NCBI GenBank assembly: GCA_964035545.1
Contig: CAXIUT010000006.1
Location: 1-26,817, forward strand
Source of the DNA: Bugula neritina
Lineage: Eukaryota; Animalia; Bryozoa
DNA length: 26,817 bases
Direction of reading: 5' to 3'
In this document: in pieces, positions 12,931-24,581 of the stretch
How the letters are laid out: each line of letters begins with the position of its first letter
Position numbering within the stretch: position 1 is the stretch's first letter
Made by a program: the position numbers and the translations under genes
Notes under the pieces: model-generated
Database searches by the model: none
Told to the model about the DNA's origin: nothing
Seen by the model: only the letters and a program-made list of their open reading frames with translations

Positions 12931-15900
12931 TCAAGATTCATCTTCTTTCATTTTGCCAGATTATTTATATAGTTTAGCGAAAATAGAGTTTTATTTTGCC
13001 AGTAGCCTCTCTGGAGAGTCGAATTAAGCGATTTCTCCTCTATTCAAAACAAGAATTCTATCTGATTATACCACTGTATTGATTCTATGAGCAATAGTCA
13101 AAACAGTTTTATCTGCGAAAACTTTTTTTATCACTTTTTGGATCACTGAATCAGTCTAAATATCAATGCTTGCTGTTGCTTCATCAACTAGAACGATTTT
13201 TTTTAGGATTTATCAATGATCTGGCAATATTCAGAAGTTGCTTTTCTCCTGCACTCAAATTGTCTCCTCCTTCAGTTACAGGACTGTTTAGCCCTTAAAC
13301 TGCTTCGAATTGCTCCCAGATCCCACATAAAGTAAGAGCTTTTATAACTTGTTCATCTGAGTGAGAGTTAGTAGGATCTACATTCTCTCTAACAGTTCCT
13401 GTAAACATGAAATGATCTTGGAGAATAATATTGATATTTGATCTTAATTATTACAGACCCATTGTGCTAATATCTATGCCATCTACGAGTATCTTTCCTG
13501 CAGAAGCTTCAAGAATTCTTAATATTCCTAACATCATTGAACTTTTTCCACTTCCTGTACGACCAACTATACCTATCTTTTATCCTGGTCTAATGACTAA
13601 ATTAAGTGATTTAAGAACATCATCAAGATCAGGTTTATATCTAAGACTATAATTATTTAGAACCATTTATCCTTTGGGAAAGACTTTACTCACAAAATAT
13701 ATTTTATTGAAACTTTAATTTTATTTCCAATTTTAATCTAAAAATTTTTAAAATCCCTTCTCTGATTCAAGAACTGTAAGTTGTTAACATTTTCCTAAAG
13801 ATTATATTCTTGGCGCAAAGGCAGACATACTAAGATGGAATCTCATGACTGTATCTTATAAGGCAAAATAGTTGAAAATCACAAAGATAGTGTATTACTT
13901 GAAACTTTAATCTAAGAAGATCAGACTGAGGATATCAATAATGGCTAAAGAATTGATTGTAATATAGAAGATTAATTTTATTCGAGCATCAACAATATGA
14001 CGAATGATTGCTGCCATAGAGAAAATATTCATTTTGATCCAGAAATTATCAACAATTTATCTAATTTTCTTAAAAGCTCTAATAGTAGGTAGGCCATCTA
14101 ACATCTAACTATATTTGCTATTAATAGGTATGATGAGTTCTTGTTAGAGTTTATTTATTTTAATGCTGAGACTAAAGAATGAATCAAAAAGGTAAAGAGT
14201 GACCAATACGGCGACAACTAAAAATATCATGTAGTAAAAATTTTTGAACAGAATATAGACATAGAAGATGCCAAAGAGATGGGAAAGAAAGAGTTGAGTA
14301 TTCGTAAGAAGAAAGACAAACTATGTTGTGATGATTTTGTCATTAATATTAAGATCATTTGAAAGTCTATTGATAATTTTCTATGAAGGAACTTTCTAAA
14401 AATAACTGAGAGGAGAGTACAGAAGACTTTTAATCATATCATCATGAATAGATTGAAACAATCTAGAAATGTGCAGTAAGAAGGCAAGCAGTAGAGTGAT
14501 AACTACTTTGATTCCATTCAAAATCAGTTGAATATTGAGATATTTATTGTTTGCAGCTGAATTACTTAGAGCCCAGATATTGAGGTTAATTTGAGTATTT
14601 GTGGTGATTCCTGCTAAGATAAAGATGAATAGAATCAATACTATAGCGAAAAAGACTCCTCCATTTCTTTTAATGTACACTTTAAATGAATCGAAAGTGG
14701 TTATTTATTAATCCAAATCTTATGGAGGTCTCATCAAGTTGATCTGTTAAGGTTCAGCAAATTACATAGTTTTAGATAAAACTGCTTCATATTCATGACT
14801 TGATCGCAACTGGAGGCCTCAATTTTAGCTAGTAAAGGTTCACTTTTGGTCATTTCGTATGTTCCTGAGATTTTAATTTATCCATCTTCAAAGAGAAGAA
14901 TTCTATCAGCATAAGGTACAAAATAAAGAGAATGAGTGATCAGAATTACAGTTTTTTCTCTTAGATATTTTTTGATTGCCATAGAAAAGAGAAAAGATCC
15001 AACATGAGCATCTACAGCACTTAGAATATCATCTAAAATATAAATATCTGCATCTGAATAAAGAGCCCTTGCAAATGAGACTCTTGCTTTTTGTCCTCCT
15101 GAAAGAGTAGAACCTCTTTTACCAATCATTTAGAGATCTCCATTAGCAAATAGTAATAGATCAGGTTAAAGAGAAGAGTATTTGATTACATCAGAATATC
15201 TTTGGTAGTTATATTATTTGCCAAAGAGAATATTGTTTCTTATTGTATCATTCATAATCCAAGGGACTTGACTTGCATAAGCAATTTCTCCATTTACTTT
15301 GACTTGTGGGTTGCCTTCTTTGCTCATTTCTCCTAATAAACAGTTTATTAAAGAAGTTTTTCCTGAACCATATTTACCAATCAAGGCTACAAGTTCTCCC
15401 TTTTGTATTTTTAAGTTGATGTTTTTAAGATGTAAAACATTCGACTATGGGACCATTGCATTGTTTTCTTCACTTTTTTAAGCCTACTACCAATGAAAGT
15501 TTCCATCAGATACTTCGATAGAATATTGAGATGATATCTTATCTGAATAAGTAATGTGTGAGAGATCTAGTTCATCTTGTTTCATAAAATTTTAAATATT
15601 TTTTAGTCCTACTTGAACCATATCAATGTAAGAAAGTCCATTAAGAATAACTTGCATATTAATGATGATCATTGCTAGATTGACTGTGAAGACTGTTTAT
15701 AAACTGATTTAACTTCCTTGCATGAGAATTAATTTGACTACGAAAACCACAATTAGAGGTTTAGAAATCATGATGATGATGTTTTGAAGAATTTCTATAA
15801 ATAGTTTAAACTTCAACTATTTTACTTAGTTTATTCTGAGTTATCTTAGTTTATTAAAATAACAAGCTTCTAAGGCATTTGCTTTGATAAATTTGATAAT

Positions 15901-16791
15901 ATTTATGATTTCAATTGTTGTTTTAACTCTTAAGCTTGTGAGGACATTGAGCTAATCATCGACTCTTTTCATACATTTTCTAAATAAAAATCTAACAGCT
16001 AGATTAGCTGCAGTCAAAAGAATACCAATTAGACCAGGTATCCCAGCTACGAAGAGAACAGTCCCTGACAAAACTACAAATAAAACTGCATTGTCCATAA
16101 CTAATGATATTTTTGCAGGATATACTAGAAGCATTGCACAATCTGAATGCATCATTTTGGACATTTATGTTACAGAGATGTTTTTGTTGGTTAGAGGCGA
16201 ACAGTTAAAAGTTTTTTTAGTAATTGCATTTGACATCAATCTGTACATCTTAAGACCAACTCTATTCTGTAAAATTTAGGAATAATAACAGCAAATAGTT
16301 CGACAAATACGAGCCACTACTAATCCTGTTACCAATATTTTATTTTAGATAGTTTGAACTTGGTCATTGACTATCTTTTGATAGATATAGAAAAGGAGAA
16401 GTGGCGTCATTGCATGACAGAGACTCCCAAACAAGGAGAGGAAAAATGAAAGCCATACTTATTCTTGATATTATTTAATTTACTTCTGAAAACTTTAAAT
16501 ATGGAGTGTTCAAGAGGATCTTTCCGTTCATCTCTTAGACTCTATTAAAATGATTATTTCCACAAAAAGTAGTTCTCATCTTCTTCTTCTAAACTTTAAA
16601 TTAGATCCTAAGGTTTAACTTGACTATAAACTGACTATGCTTTTTGAGATTTGATTGTAAGCATTGAATTCTAGTTATAAAAAGAATACTTGAAAATCTT
16701 TGCTGGAGAGACAAGTGACTCCAACGCAATTATTTTATCTTAGAGAAGCATAAGATAAATAATCTTCGTTGATATCAGGATACTCGAGCAT
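12931..16791 (-). CDS. ABC transporter, subfamily C (MRP-like, TMD-NBD-TMD-NBD)
   Basis: NBD1 has [18 protein letters not shown] and [19 protein letters not shown]2 has [26 protein letters not shown] and TIAHRINTV. Hydrophobic TMDs precede each NBD. One 20-nt intron; an extra base sits in the A8 run at 13197-13204. Confidence 0.95.
16464..16483 (-). other. 20-nt intron GTAAATTAAATAATATCAAG
   Basis: Removal puts the first TM helix in frame ([26 protein letters not shown]); the unspliced frame stops at TGA. Confidence 0.85.
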
Positions 16792-16985
16792 GAACAGTAA
16801 ATAATGATTCAATTATAATTGATCAATAAAAATAAATAAATTAGTTCAACAATCATATTATACTACATAGTAATTATTAATTTTGTAATAAAAAAACACT
16901 CTATCAAAAATTTAAGAAACCAAATAAAAAAAGAATATTATTAGATACTATTAGATACAAAGTCGATATAAGATATAATAATTAA

Positions 16986-18224
16986 TCAGAAACGTGAAAC
17001 ATTTGAATTAAAAGCTGGAAAGGAAACATCCATGACTTTTAGCTTTTATTTATGTTCTAATTTCTTTTTTAATTTATAATTTATGTCAAACAAACTTAAA
17101 TTATAGCTCTTTGAACTTTATTTAGTTGGTTGAGATTGACGATTCTCTTTGATTTCTTTTGTTACTCTCATGGGTTTATCTTTAAATCTATTTGAATTTA
17201 ACATTTTAGCTATGCTAGAGTTGTCAAGATAAACATACTTATCTTGCATATATTATCCTGGACCAGGCTACTTTAATGTAGAAGTACTAGGCTGGTTATT
17301 TTTGATTTATTTTTAAATTGAATCTAGTCTGTCTTGGAAATGGTTGACCTCTATAATCAATATTATATGTCATGTCATATTTTTTCATATTATAACTTCC
17401 AGGACCAACTTAACTATGAACTCTAGGTCTTTTGTTTTTGAATTTAGTTCTTTTTATTATATTTGAGGCATAAGAAACATAAGATAAGCGTTGAGTTTTC
17501 TTTTTTTAATTGTTTTACTCTTTAGATAGATTGTAAGATCCTGGACCTAAATATGGTTAATCACTTTAAGTTAAAAATCTTGGAACTTTAGATAAAAATA
17601 CCTTTGAACCATGACTTTTACTATGATGTATTTATTACATTTAATATTCGATATCTTCATCAAATGAAGGGTTATTTATTCTATTATTTTAAGGTTATTG
17701 TGATATTTTGAAGAGTTAAGGATCTATTTTAGGAGCTTTACTTTTAAAAACAGATTGATGACCTCCTTTTTTCTTTTATTTATCATTTAAAGTTAAAGAA
17801 TCATAGAACCCAGGTCCAACTGGTGAAATATTTTAGAATATTTTTTCTTTAAATCTTGATGATTTACTCCATGAATGATTGTTTGAAGTAGTAATTTGTT
17901 CGATGTTGTAATATCCAGGTCCTATTTTGTTATTTTTATTTGAGTTATGCTAAAATAATTTTGATCTGGTTTTACTGTATATCCATTTAAATTATTTTTT
18001 AATATGAGAAATATCTGTTTTTTGTTTATGATATTTTGATGTTTTTTCTTTATTATGATTGAATTACATTGATCATGAGCAGGTACATCATAACTTCCTG
18101 GTCCTGGAGTTTTAAGAATTAGTTTATTATCTGAGTATCTAGGAGAACTTGAATTAAAAGGATATCGAAGGGGACCAATATCGACTTTAACCTCATCTTT
18201 TTCTTTTGACAATCCCAATTACAT
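16986..18224 (-). CDS. SHIPPO/STPG (PGPGxY) repeat protein, probably ciliary microtubule-associated
   Basis: Six GPGxY motifs (PGPGSY, IGPGYY, VGPGFY, LGPGSY, VGPGSY, PGPGEY) alternate with FxSxxxRF-like motifs, ending PAFNSNVSRF-TGA. At least one frame break lies between ~17930 and ~18060. Confidence 0.85.
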
Positions 18225-18371
18225 TTATAAAAAACTATATTAATATAACGATAAATAAATATCAAAAAAATATTAGTTTAGGAAATATTGTTCTTATTTA
18301 TTTGAAGGCAATTAAAAGTTATCTGAATATATTTATACATATTGTATTAAATAATTGAGAATTAATCAAAA

Positions 18372-18836
18372 ATGAATCCATAAAAACACAATAAACCTCT
18401 CACTCAGATCGATGAGATCAATAAATAATTTAAGGATATTGAAACTGAGGTCAAAGAGACATATATTTCTATTAGTTCAGCGAAGTCAAAACTAGAAAAG
18501 GTGATAAAATGCTATAAGTATATGTTAGATGGAGCAAATAAGAATAAGGTAGATCAAGCTATCAATAGTCAAATTGAAGTTCTCAAAAAATATGAAGAAA
18601 AACAAAACTAAATGATCAAAAAATTGTAACAAAAGAATACTGCTAATGAGTTGACCGCCATTTCTGGAAAATTACCAATACTTTAAAAATCTGTTCAAAA
18701 AACTATGATGAAAGATTAGTTGTTGAAACTATTAGTTACTATTGATGTAGAGCTTGAAAAACTTTAATTAAGGAAAGATGGAATATCAAAATAAATTCAA
18801 AGAAAAAAAGAGGAAACTTCTAGAATGAAAAGATGA
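18372..18836 (+). CDS. Small coiled-coil hypothetical protein (154 aa)
   Basis: Uninterrupted 465-nt ATG-to-TGA frame (MNPEKHNKPLTQIDEINKEF...). Confidence 0.7.
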
Positions 18837-18927
18837 AGTGATTTGAGGAATAATTATACTTTTATTAAATTGAAAAATAACTTTATGTTTTATTAAATAG
18901 TTAATTTTAATAAGTACTCTTATAATT

Positions 18928-19812
18928 ATGGATAAATAAGAGGAGATAATTGAAGTAGAAGAGAAATTTATTGAAGAATAAAGCTTCAATGAAATGGAAA
19001 AAGAGGATTAAGATTATTTAGAAGAATCATAATAAAGTGCTGAAGACTAACTTTTACCAAGACCTGCTTTTGAGATTGAAGAAAATAATTAAAATTTGAC
19101 TGAATAAGAAAAGTAAGCATTTTCATACCTTTTATCTGTAAGGTCTCAGAAAAAGGACATAGTTAAGGATAGAAAGAAAGCTAATAATCATAATTTGGAT
19201 CAATAAAAAGAAAAATTAACTCTAAAAAACACTAAATATTAGACAAATGAAGAACTATAAATAATATTTTAAAAGATACGCTAATGGAAAGATGAAGTGG
19301 TCAAACATTGGAGATGTGTAGTTACTAATATGCAATACCTTCATAAGAAAAAGAGACCAGAAGAGATTTTTAAATAAAAATTACAAGGATAAAGTATAAA
19401 AAACATTCCTGAAGTTTATAAACTTTGTTTGAATAAGTGGTTAACTCTTCCTCAAATAGAATCCCTTCTTATTTCATTTTCAAACTCTCAATATTTTCAT
19501 ATTAGCAATCAACAAGAAAATAAACATAATATTGGAATTCAAAATTATCATATTTGGATCTATTCATTACTTGCCTTACATCAAAGTTATGCTTCTTATA
19601 CTAATTTTTTGGCTTTAGCTTCTATCAATGCACCAATTGAAAAATAAGTGCATTATTATCGATAATTAGTGAAGAAATAAGGCTTTATTAAAAATGAAGA
19701 GTTTAAATAAGAAGTCACTAAGCTACTAATAAGTTTGATTTTACTGATAGAAATTTTTAATCAAAAGTTTTTGAAAAAGCATTTGGATATTATAAAAATC
19801 ATAGATCTTTGA
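18928..19812 (+). CDS. Gemin2/SIP1-like protein (SMN complex, snRNP assembly), divergent
   Basis: Uninterrupted 294-aa frame with motifs in Gemin2 order: EAFSYLLSVRSQ (cf. EYLRRVQ), EWKDEVVKHW (cf. QWQQQQVAQF), IWIYSLLAL (cf. RWLYALLACL) and the C-terminal LILLIEIFNQKFL (cf. LICLVSRYFDQRDL). Recognised by eye only. Confidence 0.65.
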
Positions 19813-19917
19813 TTTTTACATTGTTATTATTTGTTATTATTGTTTATTTAAATTTTGATTTTGTAAGAATTTTAATATATTAAATATTCTTACAAAGTTA
19901 GATTGATAATATTAAGT

Positions 19918-22442
19918 ATGAATTCTCCAAAGAACAGAAAACAGGGTAGCAACAAAAGTATCAAATAAAGGCTATCTGAACAAAGTACTTATATCACTCC
20001 AACTCCTGTCGATAATTTTGAACCAGAAGAATCAGAGTTTACACCTGAATAAAAAGCAAGAATAACAACATTCTTATCGAGACTTTAACTTGGTGACCTT
20101 TGTTTTTCTTAAATTATAGAATATGGCTTTGCTTTGTTTGGATAAACAAAAGCAGGAAAAACTACACTTTCACATTACTTAGTTCGCAATCCTCTTGTAG
20201 CTAAAATTACAGATTTAGGACCAGCTTATGTCCTTGACACTAGTTTTAAACCTAAAAAATTAGCAGAAGCCACTATTGGAATGACACATGAATCTGAAAC
20301 AGTAATTCCAAATTCATGTAAAGTTGAATAAATCCAAATAGACAACAATAAAAGTGTTTTATTGGATTGTCCTGGTTATTCAGATTCAAAAGGTTCTTTA
20401 TTACTGATAACTAATGCATATTTTCACTATAGAATATTTTCTAAGGTTAAAAATCTTAAGTTTATCATTACTTTCGATGCAAGTTTTATGAATATTCCTT
20501 TCGATAGACCGCTACATACGATTTAAAACTTTTTGAAATCATTTAAAAAGGAAAGTTTAAAGTATATTATATAAGATATTTGCAAGGCTACAGTATTTTA
20601 TTTTAATAAGATATCTACTAAAGGACATCTGAATATAAAGAAAAATTTATAGATTTTAAAATAATGTGCGAGAAATCGATCTAAAAACTATGCTTAATAT
20701 GCAGTATTGTTAATAGATAATATAATTGAGAAATAAAAATATTTTATATTCATTCAGGCTGAAACAGGTAAAAAAACTTCTTATAATCAATAGCTAAAAT
20801 CAATTCATAATAAAACTAAATTTTGGAGAAGATAATTATCAAAATAGACATAAGTAGATATGACTCCAATTAGTATTTCAATTGCTAATGAAATCCATAA
20901 GAATCAATAAGAATAAGGTTTTAAAAGATAGTTTTAATTGCTTAGCAGTCAATCATTTTAGAGGTTTAAGTCAGCTTTATCTGTAGGAGCATTTAATACA
21001 AACACAATATCTTTGCAAAATATTTTAAGAAATTTTATACTTAATTCAATATCTGGTGTAGATTTAAATTCTAAAGAGATGATTAAGTTAATGGAAAGTT
21101 TTGTATAAAAGTATTATATATTTGGGAATTTAAGAGAGTAAATAGAAGATACAACAGTTTAGTATATAAAAAAAAGATAATATATTTAAAATATGATAGA
21201 TAAGGAAGTTAAAGATATAGAAAGAAAACAATATTAAATTGGTTGGATACAAAAATTATAAATAAGCTTTTAATTAATATAATTTTTTCTTAAATTTTCT
21301 AAGAAATAGTGGCTGATATAAATTCACTTGAACTTTTCGATAAAATATCATGGAAATTATTACAAATGTTATATAAAATAAAAAAGATTAAAAATTTTGA
21401 GAAAAAACTTTAGCAAACTAAGTATCAGCGTTTGCTTGATAAGTTTAATTATATAGTTTATCGTTTATTAGAAGAAGCACGAATATTTAGAATTATATTT
21501 AGAGATAATACAAATTTTAATTAAATGAATCAGGGTAACATTTTTAATTAACAAATACATTCTTTATTAGATATGATCATAGATCTTTGGCAAGATTCAT
21601 TTTCATAATTTAGTAAAAAGGATTCAAAACAATTTTAATAAAGAAAAGTTTCATATATAACTTCTATCTATGCAATCAAAGAAGATTAATCGTTAAAATA
21701 TTATAACTAAATAGAAGAATACTGTTAAAATATTGATCCTATGTTAGTTACTCCTTAATTTAATTAAAAATTAACTCAACTCAATGATGCCAGAAAAAAT
21801 TCTAAAATAATTAACAGAAGTTAAAATTAAAAAGTCATGGACTTGATTAAAAACGTGAGATATATCAAAAAGAATATTATTCAATCCAATAATATCCAAA
21901 ATATGGAAAAATATATTGAAAATATGAATTAACTTGGAGATCAGTTAGTTAAAGCTTCTTAAAGTAAAAATAAACTTTCAATTTCTAGCAGACAATCTAT
22001 TGATCAAGAAGTAAAATACTTGAAAAATGCTATAAAGATATTTAAACCAGTATAAAATGTCTATTGTGTTATTTAAACATATAAAAAACTTAAAAATAAG
22101 TTATAAATGGAGTTAATGGAATGTAAATAAATAGTTGAATAATTTGCTTAATATGCTGCTTCTCATGGAAGAAGAGAACTAGCTATGTAAAATTTGCAAT
22201 ATGCTTATTATCTTTTAGATTTAATTCATCAAAAACTCTATAATAATGCAGATTATACTTCCAAAAGAATTTAAAGAATATCTATTGCATAGAAAATTGG
22301 ATTCAATGGGATAGAAAAAAGATATGACCCATCTGAAGAATACTATGATAATATGCTGACAAAAAAGTTTAGTAGAATTATTGAATAAAAATAGTTAGTA
22401 GAGATTGAAATTGATCTTTCTATAAGACCTAGAAGATAGTGA
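19918..22442 (+). CDS. TRAFAC-class P-loop GTPase (AIG1/MMR_HSR1-like G domain) with a long helical C-terminus (~840 aa)
   Basis: G1 GETKAGKTT (20140-20166), G2-like IGMTHESET, G3 LLDCPGYSDS (~20365) and G4-like FNKI. One net frame break lies in ~21250-21500; TGA at 22440-22442. Confidence 0.8.
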
Positions 22443-22473
22443 AAATGATAAATCAATATATCTTTTATAAATA

Positions 22474-22796
22474 TCATTCTTTTTACTAGTTTGTTTTTAG
22501 ATTTAGTTTTTTTTGTTAGATTTTTTAGATAGGATTTGTTCCTGGTACCATCTATATTACATATTAATTACATAGACAATGTCATGGCCATTGAGAAGTA
22601 GTGTTTCAGCTTATTTGCTTTTTCTTTAGTTTTATTCAAACCATATTTCTGTCACATTTTAAAGAACCATATTGAAGAAATCATCAAAACCTCTTAAAAT
22701 TCCTGCAAATTATCGTTTGTTTTTCATTATTATCCAGAGACGTTCTCCTATACATTTGTCTAGAAGAGTAGTAGGCATGATCTTGATTGACTTCAT
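22474..22796 (-). CDS. LSM5: U6 snRNA-associated Sm-like protein LSm5
   Basis: [44 protein letters not shown]...LLLNGHDIVYMVPG matches the LSm5 Sm1 and Sm2 motifs. One 20-nt intron. Confidence 0.93.
22552..22571 (-). other. 20-nt intron GTAATTAATATGTAATATAG
   Basis: Removal gives the contiguous Sm2 motif LNGHDIVY/MVPG, so the length is fixed by homology. Confidence 0.93.
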
Positions 22797-22974
22797 ATCT
22801 ATTATAAAATTATAAAGATCCCTATCTGTTAAAATATGTAAGATTGTAATTTATTTGATAGGTAATTTTTTATAAAAAAAACATTATCTTTTTTATTAAA
22901 ATAGTGGTCATTAGTTTCAAATTGGTCTATTAATTTGATTTTATTTATCGACATTAAAAGAATACAATTTACAA

Positions 22975-24431
22975 TCAATATCTGATTCTCATATTTCTTC
23001 TACACCATTTATAAATCTGTCTGGCGTCTTCGTATCTATCATCGACTGAATTTGATTTCAAAACAATGACTACTACTTCTCTGTTCATGACTTTATAAGC
23101 TGAACTTAAACAAGGACCTGCAGCTGGTGTTATTCCTGTCTTTACCCCGATACAGTCTCTAAATTGATATAAATGTTTATTTGTATTTTTCCATTGAACC
23201 TATCTTGATATAGATATTTGTACCTACTGAGATTAAGCTTTTAGTTAAAAGCCTAGCAACTATATACTTTTCTTTTGAATATTTATCTTAAGAGATGATT
23301 TTTAAGACAATGAGAAGTTAAAGTAGCGATATCTCTTGCAGTTGAAAAGTTTTTTGAATTAGAAAGGCCTGTTGGATTTGCAAACCTTGTATTTTTTAGT
23401 CCTATCTTATAACTATTCTTATTCATTTAGAATACAAAGAGTTTGATTGAATCTTTTTGATATTAAGTATCATAATATTATTTATAAGACTAAAATCTTA
23501 TACTATAGTTTAAGTTTATAGATTATCTTCATCTTTAGTTAATTTAAAAGATAAAAACTTTCCAAAATACTGAGCAAGTGCAACTCCAGCATCATTGCCT
23601 GATGGAAGTAATAACCCATAAAGAAGATCATTAATATAGAAAGATTAATCTATTTTAAGGTTAGCAGTAGTTCCTTACATCCACGAGGCTTGTTCATGGA
23701 TAGATATTTTGTTTTATTTTATCTTAATTCCATAAGTATTACAAATATTAATAACTGTATATGCAGTCATTATTTTAGTAAGACTTGCGATTTATCTTTT
23801 CTCATCAATATTTTTTGAGGTTAAAATTTAATTAGTATCAGCCATCATGGCTATATATGATGCTGCAGTTAATATAGGTATTTCTTCTACTTATATTTTC
23901 AGTGTTCTTGAGATAAATCCTGATGCATTTTTTTAATTATTAGAGCTTTTTTTCTCTTTTCCTTATATTAAATAATCTTGCCAATATAAATGCTTTCTAT
24001 TAGGACTTGCGCTCATTCTTGAAATTTTTGTTTCGTTATCAGGACTAAAAGAATCAAATGTTGAAGTCTTTTTACCAATATAGATTGTTTTCATTGACAT
24101 GGGGATACTAGAAGTAGGTTTATGCTTTTTAAATGAACTTCCACTTTTGATTGGAGAAGAAGGTTCTTATAAATTAAAGTTTCTTTTTGAGTTTAATTTT
24201 ATTGAAACTTTCTATGGAGAAGAAAAGACAGGATTTTGAATATTTTTGACTGATATTTTTCTAGATTTTTTTATGAGAAGGAGCTGTTTGAGGAATATCT
24301 CTTGGAATAAAAGATGATTTATAAAGTTCTTCTTCTTTTATGAATTAATTATCAGGAATAATGCTAAATTACTCTATCTATGGCTAGCATTATTCAAAAT
24401 AAACTTCTTCAGCTTATTTATCACTTTCCAT
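22975..24431 (-). CDS. Serine-type D-Ala-D-Ala carboxypeptidase (peptidase S11, PBP5/Dac-like) with a long low-complexity N-terminal extension
   Basis: All three catalytic motifs are present: IASLTKIMT (SxxK, 23785-23774), LLLPSGNDA (SxN, 23602-23594) and [14 protein letters not shown] (KTG, 23142-23134). It also has [14 protein letters not shown] and WKNTNKHL. One intron; one frame break near 23480. Confidence 0.93.
23204..23223 (-). other. 20-nt intron GTACAAATATCTATATCAAG
   Basis: Required to bring WKNTN and KTG into frame with the upstream catalytic motifs. Confidence 0.88.
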
Positions 24432-24581
24432 TTATGATAATATCATAACATATGTTTTGAAATCATATCAGACAAAGTTCAATTCTCTTTAAATAAGATT
24501 CTCTTAGGAATAGTAAATATTAAGTACAAACTAATTCTGGAATTAATAGTTTAATAGGTGAAAAAATAAAATTAATATAAA

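Noticed and set aside
2680-18989. ORF-track entries 2680-2877, 3678-3863, 7297-7479, 9623-9811, 11006-11197, 13431-13652, 15299-15481, 16091-16279 and 18786-18989 as genes
   Set aside because: They are antisense or off-frame shadows of longer genes, produced by applying the wrong genetic code.
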